This document shows, piece by piece, positions 26,459 to 38,159 of a DNA stretch of 64,000 nucleotides. The position numbers and the translations under genes were made by a program. Numbering within the stretch: the stretch's first letter is position 1; every line of letters starts with the position of its first letter. The notes beneath the pieces were generated by a model. The model ran no database searches, was not told the origin of the DNA, and saw nothing but the letters and a program-made list of their open reading frames with translations. The stretch is from Zootoca vivipara. Taxonomy: Eukaryota. Location: assembly GCF_963506605.1 (NCBI RefSeq), contig NC_083276.1, positions 39,184,001-39,248,000 of the forward strand, given 5' to 3'.

Positions 26459-28246
26459 TTCATTTACCACATCTTGTGATCTATTATGGGAGTGGGGCTT
26501 ACCTCCCCCCAATATTTTGTCACCCCTGCTTGGGGGCCACGTCAAAATAACCCACGGGAAAGGGGGAGGAGAGGGAAAGGATATGGGATTGTTCACTCTT
26601 GCAAGCTTGTGCTGTTGGAGCAACCTCCTTAGTGCAATGCTGAATTCCTCCCCACATGTTCAATGTGATTCCAGTCATTTGTAGAGAGCTTGCATCTGAT
26701 GTTCTTGCTGTTTTCCAGCTCTCAGTATGCGCTTCATGTGACATACCAGTGTACATTAGTTCAGTCAAACGCATTACCTGACCACTGCAAGCAGGGCTCC
26801 TAACACTTGCTGAGGTTCAGAGGGGTTCCTATAGCTACTCTCTCTTCCAGTTGTATTTGCAGTTTGTTGCACTCTGGGTTCTTTTGCCAGCATCCTGCCA
26901 CACATACACATTTGCACGAACTCTAAACTGTAAGCCCACCACAAGAGTAAACCCTATTGAATTCAGTGAGTCTGACTTGCAAGGAAGCATGCATAGGATT
27001 GGGCTGCAAAACCCATTTTCTCTTCCTCCAACAGGCACCAAAATAACATCACTTCTTTTGCAACTGTTTTGAGCCGAAATGATGGGCAATTCAAACACCA
27101 GTTAGCTTTAGATTACTATGAAATTGTTGCGAAGCCAATTCAGTAAGTTAATGGTAAAGTTAATGGATACAGTGCTTTGCTCTTTGCGATAGACCGGCAT
27201 AGTTGATGATGTGGCACCTGCAGACTGTTAGAATTACAGGTTAGTTGTTGTGCAAGAGGATAACATGTTCCCACGGCAGGCTTTTGTTCATGGGATGTAA
27301 AGAAAGAAAAGCAAGAAGATTCAGTACTGATTACAGCTATTGCTGAACTCAGTCTCGGTCTCTGTCTTTACTGCTGCTGCTATTACTGTACTTGGCCTTG
27401 CAACCTTTCCTACTCAACTCTGTTACCTCTAAACCTGTCTTGGGCAGACTTTTCCTATCAACATATATGCCCCAAAGTGCTATACTGCATTTCAGGTACA
27501 GTACCTGTTTGGTTTTGCTAAGGTTTCACGCAATCAGAACAAACATCAGAGTTATTCAGCACATGGATACCTCATGCAATTCCATGCAATGAGTTCAAGA
27601 AGCCAAATTAAATAAATCACTAAAATCTTTGCCAGCGTGCCTTTAATGAAGATCCAATAAACAATAACTGGAAAATATAATATTCATTCAAATATAACAA
27701 AATCTACCCCCAAAAAACAGCACCAAAATCACAATTAGCTGACTCAAATATGTAGTCTGGGCATGGAAGTTCCCTAAGGTTGGTGAGATCAGGTCCCTTC
27801 TGCCTTCTTAGCATGTTTAGAGGCTCCACATGTTGCTTGGAGGATTGAGAGGAATTAGTCCTCCTTGCTGAGAGAACCTTGGATATATGAACATGACAAG
27901 AGCACTGTATCTCTGCCAAGTTGGTGTTCAGCCCAGTGTGCTTGCCAAGCCTGAATGGCACCCCAAAGGACTCAGCACCAAGCGAGTGATGGGTGACAAA
28001 GAGTGCCCTTAACTCAATAATGCCCCGGGCATTGACCACACCAGATCTTAACTTCTCTTTCCTGCCTGGACTGAAAGCCAATTAAACCATGCAAAAACAC
28101 CACTCCAAGAACAGGACTCCCTGCAGTATGGGCAGGCAAAAATTGGAGTCCCAAGGCCAATCAGGGACTATCCTAAAAATTGCTACTCAGTGCCCAAAAC
28201 AGGAACCTAGCTGACCCTGTACTGCAGAGGGAGGGAAGAAGGGCAC

Positions 28247-28247
<1 letters not shown>

Positions 28248-28278
<31 letters not shown>

Positions 28279-28538
28279 GGAGGAGGAGGAGGAGGAGGAG
28301 GAGGAGTAGTTTGGATTTGATATCCCGCTTTATCACTACCCGAAGGAGTCTCAAAGCAGCTAACATTCTCCTTTCCCTTCCTCCCCCACAACAAACACTC
28401 TGTGATGTGAGTGGGGCTGAGAGACTTCAAAGAAGTGTGACTAGCCCAAGGTCACCCAGCAGCTGCATGTGGAGGAGCAGCGACGTGAACCCAGTAGTGG
28501 TTAAGAGTCTACTGCTCTTAACCACTACACCACACTGG
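28248..28538 (-). mobile_element. Squam3-like SINE with expanded (CTT/CCT)n tail
   Basis: Matches the 20105 and 31008 copies. Confidence 0.88.
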
Positions 28539-28815
28539 TGGTGAGAAAATGATGGACTGTTTGAGGTGGAGCCAGTTTCTAAAGCCTGGCTTCTTCCCCA
28601 ACTTGATTGGCCTGATGGCTCACCTGACCCTTCCCCAAATCCTCTGCATAGCAAAGCCATTTTGAGTCTTCTTTCCAGTGGCTGGCTCTTCCAGAGCGCT
28701 CAGTCTCCAGCATTGTGCATGCAATGAACACTGACATTCCCCACCACCTCCAATCTTGGGGTCAGCCTGTCACCTCTGTATTGTCTCTATTTGCACTACC
28801 ATGCATAAAGCAATA

Positions 28816-29462
28816 CAGTGGTACCTTGGTTCTCAAACGCCTTGGTTCCCAAATGTTGAAAACCCGGAAGTAAGTGTTCCGGTTTTCGGTCATTTTTCGG
28901 AAGCCGAATGTCTGATGTGGCTGTTGGCAATTATTTCCAGGGCGTCTGCACCAATCAGAAGCCGTGCCTTGGGTTTTGAACATTTCGGAAGTCAAACGGA
29001 CTTCCGGAATGGACTAAGTTTGGCACTTTTGTTTTTGCTGTTTGTTTTGCGTTTTTATTTTTGAGGCTTTTTCGGTTAATTTGTTTTTGTGACTTTGTGG
29101 AACCCAGTTCAGCTACTGACTGTGTGACTGCGGAAAAGGATAAAAGCCCCCCATCCAAACAATGACTATCATCAGTGCAGGTAAGAAAAGAATAATAATT
29201 TTTATTTTTATCATCTACAATACTGTCTTATTTGTTTTATAGTACAGTACATTGATTATTGCTTTCATTTTATGGACCAATGGTCTCGTTAGATAGTATA
29301 ATTCATGTTAAATTGCTGTTTGGGGGGTTGTTTTTAAAAGTCTGGAACAGATTAATCCGTTTTGCATTACTTTCTATGGGAAAGTGCACCTTGGTTTTTG
29401 AACGCTTTGGTTTTGGAAGGGACTTCCAGAATGGATTAAGTTTGAGAACCAAGGTAACACTG
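28816..29462. mobile_element. Tigger-like non-autonomous DNA transposon
   Basis: TIRs CAGTGGTACCTTGGTTCTCAAAC / GTTTGAGAACCAAGGTAACACTG; TA on the left flank. Confidence 0.88.
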
Positions 29463-31007
29463 TGTCATACTACTTAGAACACTTCCCTTAAAGAAGCCTG
29501 GGAACATCAGTGTGTAACGGGTGCTGAACGTAGTTAGAAACCCCTATTACCCCCCCACAAAGCTACAGTTTGAAGAGTTTCCTGGGACGAGGGACTGGTT
29601 GTTTAAATCACTCTGGGCGGAATGCAGGAGGCAGGGGGCAAAACTAGAATTAGATGGCTCTACCTGTAAAAATCCGAGGGGGAAGGTGCCTCCAGTTCAG
29701 GGGATATTTTCCGTGTTTCAAGTTGTTCTCTATAGTGTAAAATGGATGACATGAGCAGCTACTATGCAAATATACCCCACGAAGCTCAAACACCTGGCAT
29801 TGTCATCGTCATCTTTTAATTAAAAACACGTATTGATCCCCAGCATTTCAATGAAAGAACAATTAAAGGAATACCGCACCCTCGAAGCACTCGAGAGAGA
29901 GCAACCAATGAAGCTCCAGCATGCTTTTCAAATGTTAAGCAATTTATCTTGCTAAAGGCTACATATTTAGAGCAGGAAAGCACTCCAACTAGATTGATAC
30001 AGTTGTTGTTTCAGCGCTTGTCCAAATAGCCTTTTATGTTGCAATCAAGTAATAGATACAAGATTGACAAGTTACAAAGGAAAGGAGCTTTCAGTCAACA
30101 AACAGACTAAAACCCATTATTGCAGTGTGTGCACTGTGTCCTAGACTTGTAAACACATCTTCATTGATCCCATAGAAAGATAGTAATATCTCCCCTAGTA
30201 TGGCTCAATCAAGATGCTTTTTCACAAAGAAAAAGTGCAAACAGTATTGAAAAAACAGAGAGAGACTGATGTTACAGTCAAACAGTAAATAATGGCTGGT
30301 GTTGGGAAACCTATCTATAACCTCTCAAACTCCTGTCAACTGGAATGAAAGTTATAACCTCTCTATTACGCATACAAAAGATCAAAACACAAGTAACGTG
30401 TATAAGCCCTCATTTTGTTGTTCACGTTTTACCAGCTGAGCAGATCGATGCGAAAAAGAATCTCATTTTCTAGTTTGGCAGAATTTGTATAAGTGCTGTG
30501 GGGAATGGATACGTCTTAGAAAAATGTTTATTATTCAGAATTTTTTTTTAAAAGTACATATAAGAAGGACAATGAACATGTTGCACAAACTGGAGCATTA
30601 GGCGTGGGTGTGGAAAGAAAGTATGTTCAAATGGATGCTTCGCTTGAATCCAAAGCTCTAGCCGTTCTCAAAGAAATTTATTCTAAACACACTGGGCAAA
30701 TGCAGAAGATGGTGGTTGAAATGGATTTGGGGAGACTGCCATTGGTTCAGTTCGTCAACTTTCTTGATGGAGCTTTGTGGCTTTAACACCTACACGGCAA
30801 GGCAGAAATTCAGCAAATGAATCTTTTCCCCACTGTGGCAAACCTACCAGTTGGAAGCACCACCATTTGTACCAGGTTAATCCAGAAACATATTAATTGC
30901 AAGGCTGCTTCACACTTCCTCGGATGTTATTTGATTTCTCTACACTTTTACGAAAAGCTAAATTAATTGAATCCATTGTAGGGGGTGTGGAAACAGTTTG
31001 CTTAAGT

Positions 31008-31262
31008 GAAGAAGAAGAAGAAGAAAAAGAGTTTGGATTTAATATCTCACTTTATCACTACCCGAAGGAGTCTCAAAGCGGCTAACATTCTCCTTTCCCT
31101 TCCTCCCCCACAACAAACACTCTGTGAGATGAGTGAGGCTGAGAGACTTCAGAGAAGTGTGACTAGCCCAAGGTCACCCAGCAGCTGCATGTGGAGGAGC
31201 GGAGACACAAACCTGGTTCCCCAGATTACGAGCCTACCGCTCTTAACCACTACACCACACTG
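31008..31262 (-). mobile_element. Squam3-like SINE
   Basis: Matches the 20105 copy; (CTT)n tail. Confidence 0.88.
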
Positions 31263-32940
31263 TCTCTGATGAAAGGTTGCTATAAAAGTTCTGTCTCTGG
31301 CATTAGACTGAGGATGTGCCCTTCATACATCACTAGAAGTTACACTTAAAGCATTGTAGGGTGTGCACCTCAGATGGACGGGTGCAATGTGATCCTCACT
31401 CTACGTATTAATTGAGTTAAAACATTGTTTTGGCCAGGGCAAATCTGTTCCCCTGTTCAGAGATGGCCAGTTTGCTTTCCATTTTATTTCAATGATTTAA
31501 ACTCCATGATGGGAATATGGCCAAATGCACACTTCCTTATCATTTTTTGGGCGGGGAGGGATTATGAAGCATCTTGGAGGCTTCTCAAACTGTTTGTGGG
31601 GATGGGAGCTTCAACGGTTCCTCTTGATCTGTGCAAGTATTTTGCACTACAATGGAAGAACACTTACTGCTCTGCCCCTAATAAATAATATCACAGAGAA
31701 AAGCTCATTTCCCCCCATTTAGCTCTTTAGCCATTTCTCATTTAGCTCACTTGTCTGTTGTTGTTTTTTAAAAAATTGTATGGGAATTTCCCCACATAGT
31801 GTCTGATCCTAAGAAATATGTTCATCTATAGAAGGGTAAAGGTATAATTTAAATTCACAGTGTGCTTCAATTTATCACACACACACACATATCCATATTA
31901 GCCTGCGTGCAAATCATTCACATTGTCATGATTAAAATAGCCATGCCGCATCTTTTGACACATGGATTTTATTCCCCAAATTAGACAGAAACTACACAAT
32001 GTGACATGCATTAAAATTGCATCTTTAAAGTTTGCCAGAGTCAGGCTAGAACGCTGATGAGGATTAGATTCCAGTCTGCTGCGATTAAGTTTCATTTGAA
32101 CTTTATATTCACTCTTAGAAGAAGAAGAAGAAAAAGCTTGCATACCTGAAACTTGAAGAGTTTATTTTATGCATTAGTTCTTCTGCATTGAGAATGGAAT
32201 AAATGCCAAAATAACTCATGTCATTTGAATGTAAATCCAAAATCATTCACACTGGAAAAAACACCCCCAAAACCTTAAATGCTGGACAAGTTGACCTTAG
32301 CCCTTCAGAAACAGCCGGTCAGTTGCATTATTTAGATTTTTCTTTGACACTTGGTAAAAGACAAACCACATTTTGGAAGTAAGTAAAAATCCTTCATTAA
32401 AATATCTAGCAGGCTATGAAAAACGAAAACTCCCTACTAATTTTACAATCCGTTCATCACAATTCAGTTTCATAGCTTAGGCTTTCAAGAGATCATCTGC
32501 AAACGATATTGAAATATTCACAAGGAATTCAGTGTTTAGAAATAAAACAAAATTAGATACAAAAATGGCACTTCCCTCCAGCAAGCGAAACTGTTAAGAG
32601 TCTTGCTCTAAGAGAGTTTTATGACCACCTAGATCCCTTAATTTACAACTAAGTTTAGCACATAATCTATATGTGCATATGCAATGAGTTTACTGTTTTC
32701 AGCCCTTGCAGGCAGTAATCTATTGCACGGTCATCAAATATAATTTCCCTAAATTGTCAGCCCTTTTTCTAAAGTGTCTTGCTAAGAACAGATCAACAGA
32801 AGGATGGCATTTGAATTACCTTCATCCTAGTTCTGCGAAAGGTTCGGTCCATCTCAATTGACATTCTGTGTTCTATACTGAAACCTAGTAATGTTCTTCT
32901 AGAAACGGACAAGTGGAGAGACACATAAATTCATAGGGCT

Positions 32941-32968
32941 ATGTATGTGAGAGTGGTTTGTGTGTGTA

Positions 32969-33007
<39 letters not shown>

Positions 33008-33030
33008 AAGAGAAAGAGAGAGAGAGAGAG
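32941..33030. repeat. Compound (TG)n(GA)n microsatellite
   Basis: Direct observation. Confidence 0.9.
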
Positions 33031-33924
33031 ATGCTTTTGCCCATTCTCACATATACCTCCTGTGAACACTGTTCATACCAAATAATCATATACACACTAG
33101 GAAAACACATCATTCACTTGCTACTCTCACAAATCCACAGCAATCACATAAACAGTCCAACAACTGGCAAAACACTTTCCACCAGCAGCACATAGCTCCA
33201 CCATCTGCCCCTTGGCTTTCTGTGCTGACATTTGGTGGTCGTTGTTTTGGGTTTGTTTGTTTTTTTAAACCAAACCAACCAACTTTTGAATTATTGGAAT
33301 ATTTATGGCATTTCCATAACAACTTAGTGGCTTCTATGTGGCTCATTTCAAACAACCGGAACCAATAGCGACAGAAACTGTAAAGACTGTAGCCTCCGTT
33401 TACTGCAGATTTTTGTTTGTTTTCCTTTTATCAAGTGTATCTGGTGGGGTGTTAATTGACAAAATGACTAGTTTGATCTAAATCTTTGTGTTCTGTGCTT
33501 TCATTTGATACTTCAAGCAATTATCTAAAGCAATTGTGTGCATCATAAGAGATTGTCTAAATTTGACAATGACTTTGCAAATAAATAATATATAAACAAA
33601 TAGAGACCCAGGGAAAAAAAATCAGTATATATATACACACACACATACATACATACATACATACATACATACATACACACACATCATTGCTCTTTTTACT
33701 AAATATAAGATATAACATTGTTTGTTTTTATGTATTAGACATGCATATATATATATATAATGCTAGCAGGGATAGATGGAAGTTGAAATCCAAAACATCT
33801 GGCTAATACACACTGTAATACATAGTGTGTATTATACTAACCATTCACTAGAGACATAATGCTTTGATCACACACACCCTGAATTTGTTTGTGTTTAATC
33901 TCATTTTAATACTTCCAGAGCATA

Positions 33925-34277
33925 AAAGGTAAAGGGACCCCTGACCATAAGGTCCAGTCGTGACTGACTCTGGGGTTGCGCGCTCATCTCACATTATTGG
34001 CCGAGGGAGCTGGCATACAGCTCCCAGGTCATGTGGCCAGCATGACAAAGCCGCTTCTGGAAAACCAGAGCAGCACATGGAAACGCCGTTTACCTTCCCG
34101 CTGTAGCGGTTCCTATTTATCTACTTGCAATTTGACAAGCTTTCGAACTGCTAGGTTGGCAGGAGCTGGGACTGAGCAACGGGAGCTCACCCCATCACAG
34201 GGATTCGAACCGCCAACATTCTGATCAGCAAGCCCTAGGCTCAGTGGTTTCACCCACAGCGCCACCTGGGTCCCTGC
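33925..34277 (-). mobile_element. Full-length Sauria SINE, young subfamily
   Basis: 14-bp TSD ACTTCCAGAGCATA. Confidence 0.96.
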
Positions 34278-34535
34278 ACTTCCAGAGCATACTATCAGTT
34301 TAATGTATAGAATTGCACTCTTTGGTATATTAGTGAAGCTGAGAAGTATAAATGCCTTCACTTTATTCAAATGATAATTGCAAATCTACCAAGTGTTGGA
34401 GTGGGGTGTTCGTACTGCTGTGCCCTAACTCTGCAACCCTAAACCCACTAACTAGGGAGTAATTCCACTGAACTCTGTGAGACATATTTCTGAGGAAACA
34501 GGCAGAGGATTTATTCATTTATTTATATATTTCAT

Positions 34536-34898
34536 AAAGGTAAAAGGAAAAGGACCCCTGGACGGTTACATCCAGTCAAAGGTGACTATGGGGTTGCAGC
34601 GCCCATCTCACTTTCAGGCCAACGGAACCTGTGTTTGTCCACAGACAGCTTTCCGGGTCATGTGGCCAGCATGAGAACAGAACACCATGACAGAAACCAG
34701 AGTGCACTGAAATGCCGTTTACCTTCCTGCCACAGCAGTACCTATTTATCTACTTGCACTGGAGTGCTTTTGAACTGCTAGGTTGGCAGGAGCTGGGACA
34801 GAGCAATGGGAGCTCACCCCGTCATGGGGTTCTGAACTGCCGATCTTCCGATCGGCAAGCCCAAAAAGCTCTGTGGTTTAAACCACAGCGCCACCCGC
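34536..34898 (-). mobile_element. Sauria SINE, second (older) subfamily
   Basis: Diagnostic body shared with the 46113 and 47373 copies. Confidence 0.88.
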
Positions 34899-36248
34899 TT
34901 GATGACAGCTTGTAGCAGCCACAGGTGAGAGCTGAGTGCAGGGTGAGGACCAAAGGTGGACAAACTACCATAGAAGGAGCACAACATTTCCCTGACCAGA
35001 GGTACTACCCATCCCCTAACATCCCAGGCTACCCCTACTGTATCATATTCAGTACACTGTGGCTCCTGTAAGCAACATTGTATTTGTAGCTCAGCTGTGT
35101 GCCCCAAAATGGCTAGTATCTTGTGGTAGCCTATCAAAAATGTTGTATCATCCACAATTTTATAACTATCCTGTAAATGCAACAATATTTCATTAGTTAT
35201 GGTTGTTAAATAATAAGCTTGGGGCACCACTACCATCAACCTATGTAATGTTCTCAGCAACACTTTCTCTACAAAGGAAACACTCTTTAATCTTAAGTAT
35301 GCCAGTTGGGACATGGATGCCACCATTGTCATTGTAACACGGACATCACAATTTGCAAAAATAAAAATAAAAACGCCATCAGAAAAAAAAAAGATCTAAA
35401 GTACAATCATGGAACTGAACCTACAAATTGGAGTTTTAGAATTAATAAAATAAGGAATAACATATTAATTCCTGCAGGACAGGAGTAGGTAGCCTTTAAA
35501 AGCATTCGACACCACCAGATAATGCACACCGTTCATTTTCACAAATGGAGTCTGTTTCAATTCTCAGCTGTTGTATGATGATTTGACTTGGAGCAAAGGC
35601 AGCATAATTGGATAGCAGCTGAAATGAGCTTCATTTGAGAAAGGCTGAAAGATCCATTGCTGGATTTCCAGGAGTGTGAATTAGAATTCCAAGAATATAT
35701 AATGCAAATAATTCTATTCTTTAGAAGTGAAGGCATAAAAGAATTTTAGGTTTTCTTATTTCAGGCTTTAATTGAGGCCTAGGTTGTAACTCATTTTCAT
35801 CCTTGAATGGGTGGTAAAAACATACACAGCAGGTAATTCACACTACCTGAAAAACTGTTGGTGCTGTAAGAAGACTAATCAGGATAAGCTTCCAGTAGCA
35901 AATTATCAGCTACAAATTAAAATCTTGGCTTATGTCTGCTAAAAGCAACCTTTTATTTCCCACCAATACACATATGCCAATATTAGTAACAGTTGGATTA
36001 CTCCAGAATATGGAAACGGAGGGGGGAGGGGGTGTTCTGTTCTGTTTCTATATTATAGGTAACACCAAAGGAATTTGAAATGAACACTTCAAAATCAATG
36101 TTGGATTCAGGAGCAATAAAGCAGAACCGAGTTCTCTTTTTGTTAATGTTCAGCAATAGGTGTTAGGGTTTTTATTTACCTGATGTATGTATTCTGCCCT
36201 AATTGTTCCATATTAATGGAAAACTCCTCTGATTTGTTTGGTAGTTGC

Positions 36249-36313
<65 letters not shown>

Positions 36314-36343
36314 GATAGTAAGTAGGTAGATGATAGATAGATA
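36249..36343. repeat. (GATA)n microsatellite
   Basis: Direct observation. Confidence 0.97.
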
Positions 36344-37149
36344 AGCCAGGATGCTCATAAAATCATTGATCCCGTTTGAATGTTTTATAATGTTTTATTT
36401 CCTTGGGTAAATACTCCTTTTTGCATTCACATAGCCTTCTTTTACTGTTGGTACTTTGCCTCAACTCACCTTCATCTAAGTGTTGCTGTTCTGTTGGCAT
36501 TCATCTGTCTCGGGGGACAAAGGAAGAGTGTTCCATTGGGGGCAAAGTCAAACTATTGGAGAGTTACAGTGCCTGCTGTGTCTGTAGAGGCTGATACAGG
36601 AGAGACATGTTTTATTGCAGGTGGGGCAGATGAAGGCGTCCAATTTTGCTGCTACAGATGGGGGAGCTTATATAGTAAAGGATTTCATGCCTTGCCTGGG
36701 TTTCTTATAGTTACTCTGGGTAGCCCTATGGTTCATTATCTGTAGTGTGACAATTGCACTGTGGGCTATATATCTCATGCACACGGACTAAGAAAGAAGG
36801 TCTGCACTGACTTATAGCCCTCTCGCTGCAGGAGCACCCTACGCCTGACAAACCATTCAAGCCATCAGAGACCCACTCCCTAGTGGAACAGTCTTCAGCC
36901 CCATCCCAGTACAGTATCTGAAAAACACAATGGAAAAAAGACTGAGAATATTGATCAATACTATAGCATGCAAAAAGATCAACAACCCCCAGATTTAAGG
37001 GCACAGTCCAACTAAAGTGAAAAAATGTCTAAGTCCCACTGGGTTCAATGGAAGAGTTAACATGCTTACTTCTGTTCTATTGCAATAAAAGGGATTTGGG
37101 TAGATAATGGCCCAAAAAAAGCATTATACCTGTATAGATAGGAGCTAGT

Positions 37150-37475
37150 TATTTATAACTTCCACCTGTCCTCCAAGACACCCAAGAGCAGTTTTTCTTG
37201 TCACATACAACAACCCTGTGAGGTAGGTTAGATCAAGGGATGGAAATTGGCCCAAGGTTGCCCATTGAGGGGTGTTTGTTTTTGGCTGATTAGAGATTTC
37301 AACCTGAATCACCCCAGACCTAATCTGACACTCTAAGCCAGGCATCCCCAGATGTTTTGGCCTACAACTCCCATGATCCCTAGCTAACAGGAACAGTGGT
37401 CAGGGAAGATGGGAATTGTAGTCCAAAACATCTGGAGGGCCAAAGTTTGGGGGTGCCTGCTCTAAGCACTGCACC
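37150..37475 (-). mobile_element. Old CORE/MIR-like SINE interrupted by a MITE
   Basis: ACAACAACCCTGTGAGGTAGG ... GGCCCAAGGTTGCCCA core; head split by the insertion. Confidence 0.6.
37339..37459. mobile_element. Palindromic hAT MITE (10541 family, left-arm deletion)
   Basis: Perfect 8-bp TSD CTCTAAGC. Confidence 0.92.
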
Positions 37476-38041
37476 TTCTTTTCTTGATTTGGACGTCCAA
37501 ATCCATCAGATTTGCAAGAGCTTTGCTTGCTAAAGCACACTATTTTATTTTATCCAGCACCTGTAGTTAGGTAACAGACTGGTGTTTGACTGTAGACTAA
37601 GCCACCTGAGAAGTTAGTGAGATACCAGGTTGAAAAGTCAGATTTAATTTGCAATCCCATGACTTTCTATTACATTCTAATTATGCTTTGTATTTTTGTT
37701 ATTTCTCCCCCAACACATTTCTTCACTTCCTCTTTAACCTGCCTTTTCACTCATTAATAACATTGTTCAAATAAAACCTTCCACCACCCCCTGCATTGAA
37801 TTATAGCACAGAGGGCTCAGAGTGGCGCTATGTCTTGGAAAATGCAATTCGTCTGTATATTTCAGTAAAGGGATCATTAATTGCTGCTTCACGAGGTTAT
37901 ATTCCTTTTCACTTTTATATTAATATATACAGCCGACTGCCACAATGGTAGTATAAATGTATATTCGAACAATATATAGGGATGCAGTTGCTACTTCGCA
38001 GATATTAATCTTTTTATATTTCTTAATTACAATACTGAATT

Positions 38042-38157
38042 GTAGCTTCGAGAACACTGTCCAACCATCTCATCCTCTGTCGTCCCCTTCTCCTAGTGCC
38101 CTCCATCTTTCCCAACATCAGGGTCTTTTCCAAGGATTCTTCTCTTCTCATGAGGTT
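38042..38157 (-). mobile_element. Bov-B internal fragment, truncated at both ends
   Basis: Nearly identical to 43024-43138 but lacks the 3' terminus and tail. Confidence 0.9.
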
Positions 38158-38159
38158 AA

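Noticed and set aside
27704-28081. 125-aa minus-strand ORF or possible retrocopy
   Set aside because: No recognisable homology; the length is within chance expectation for 64 kb
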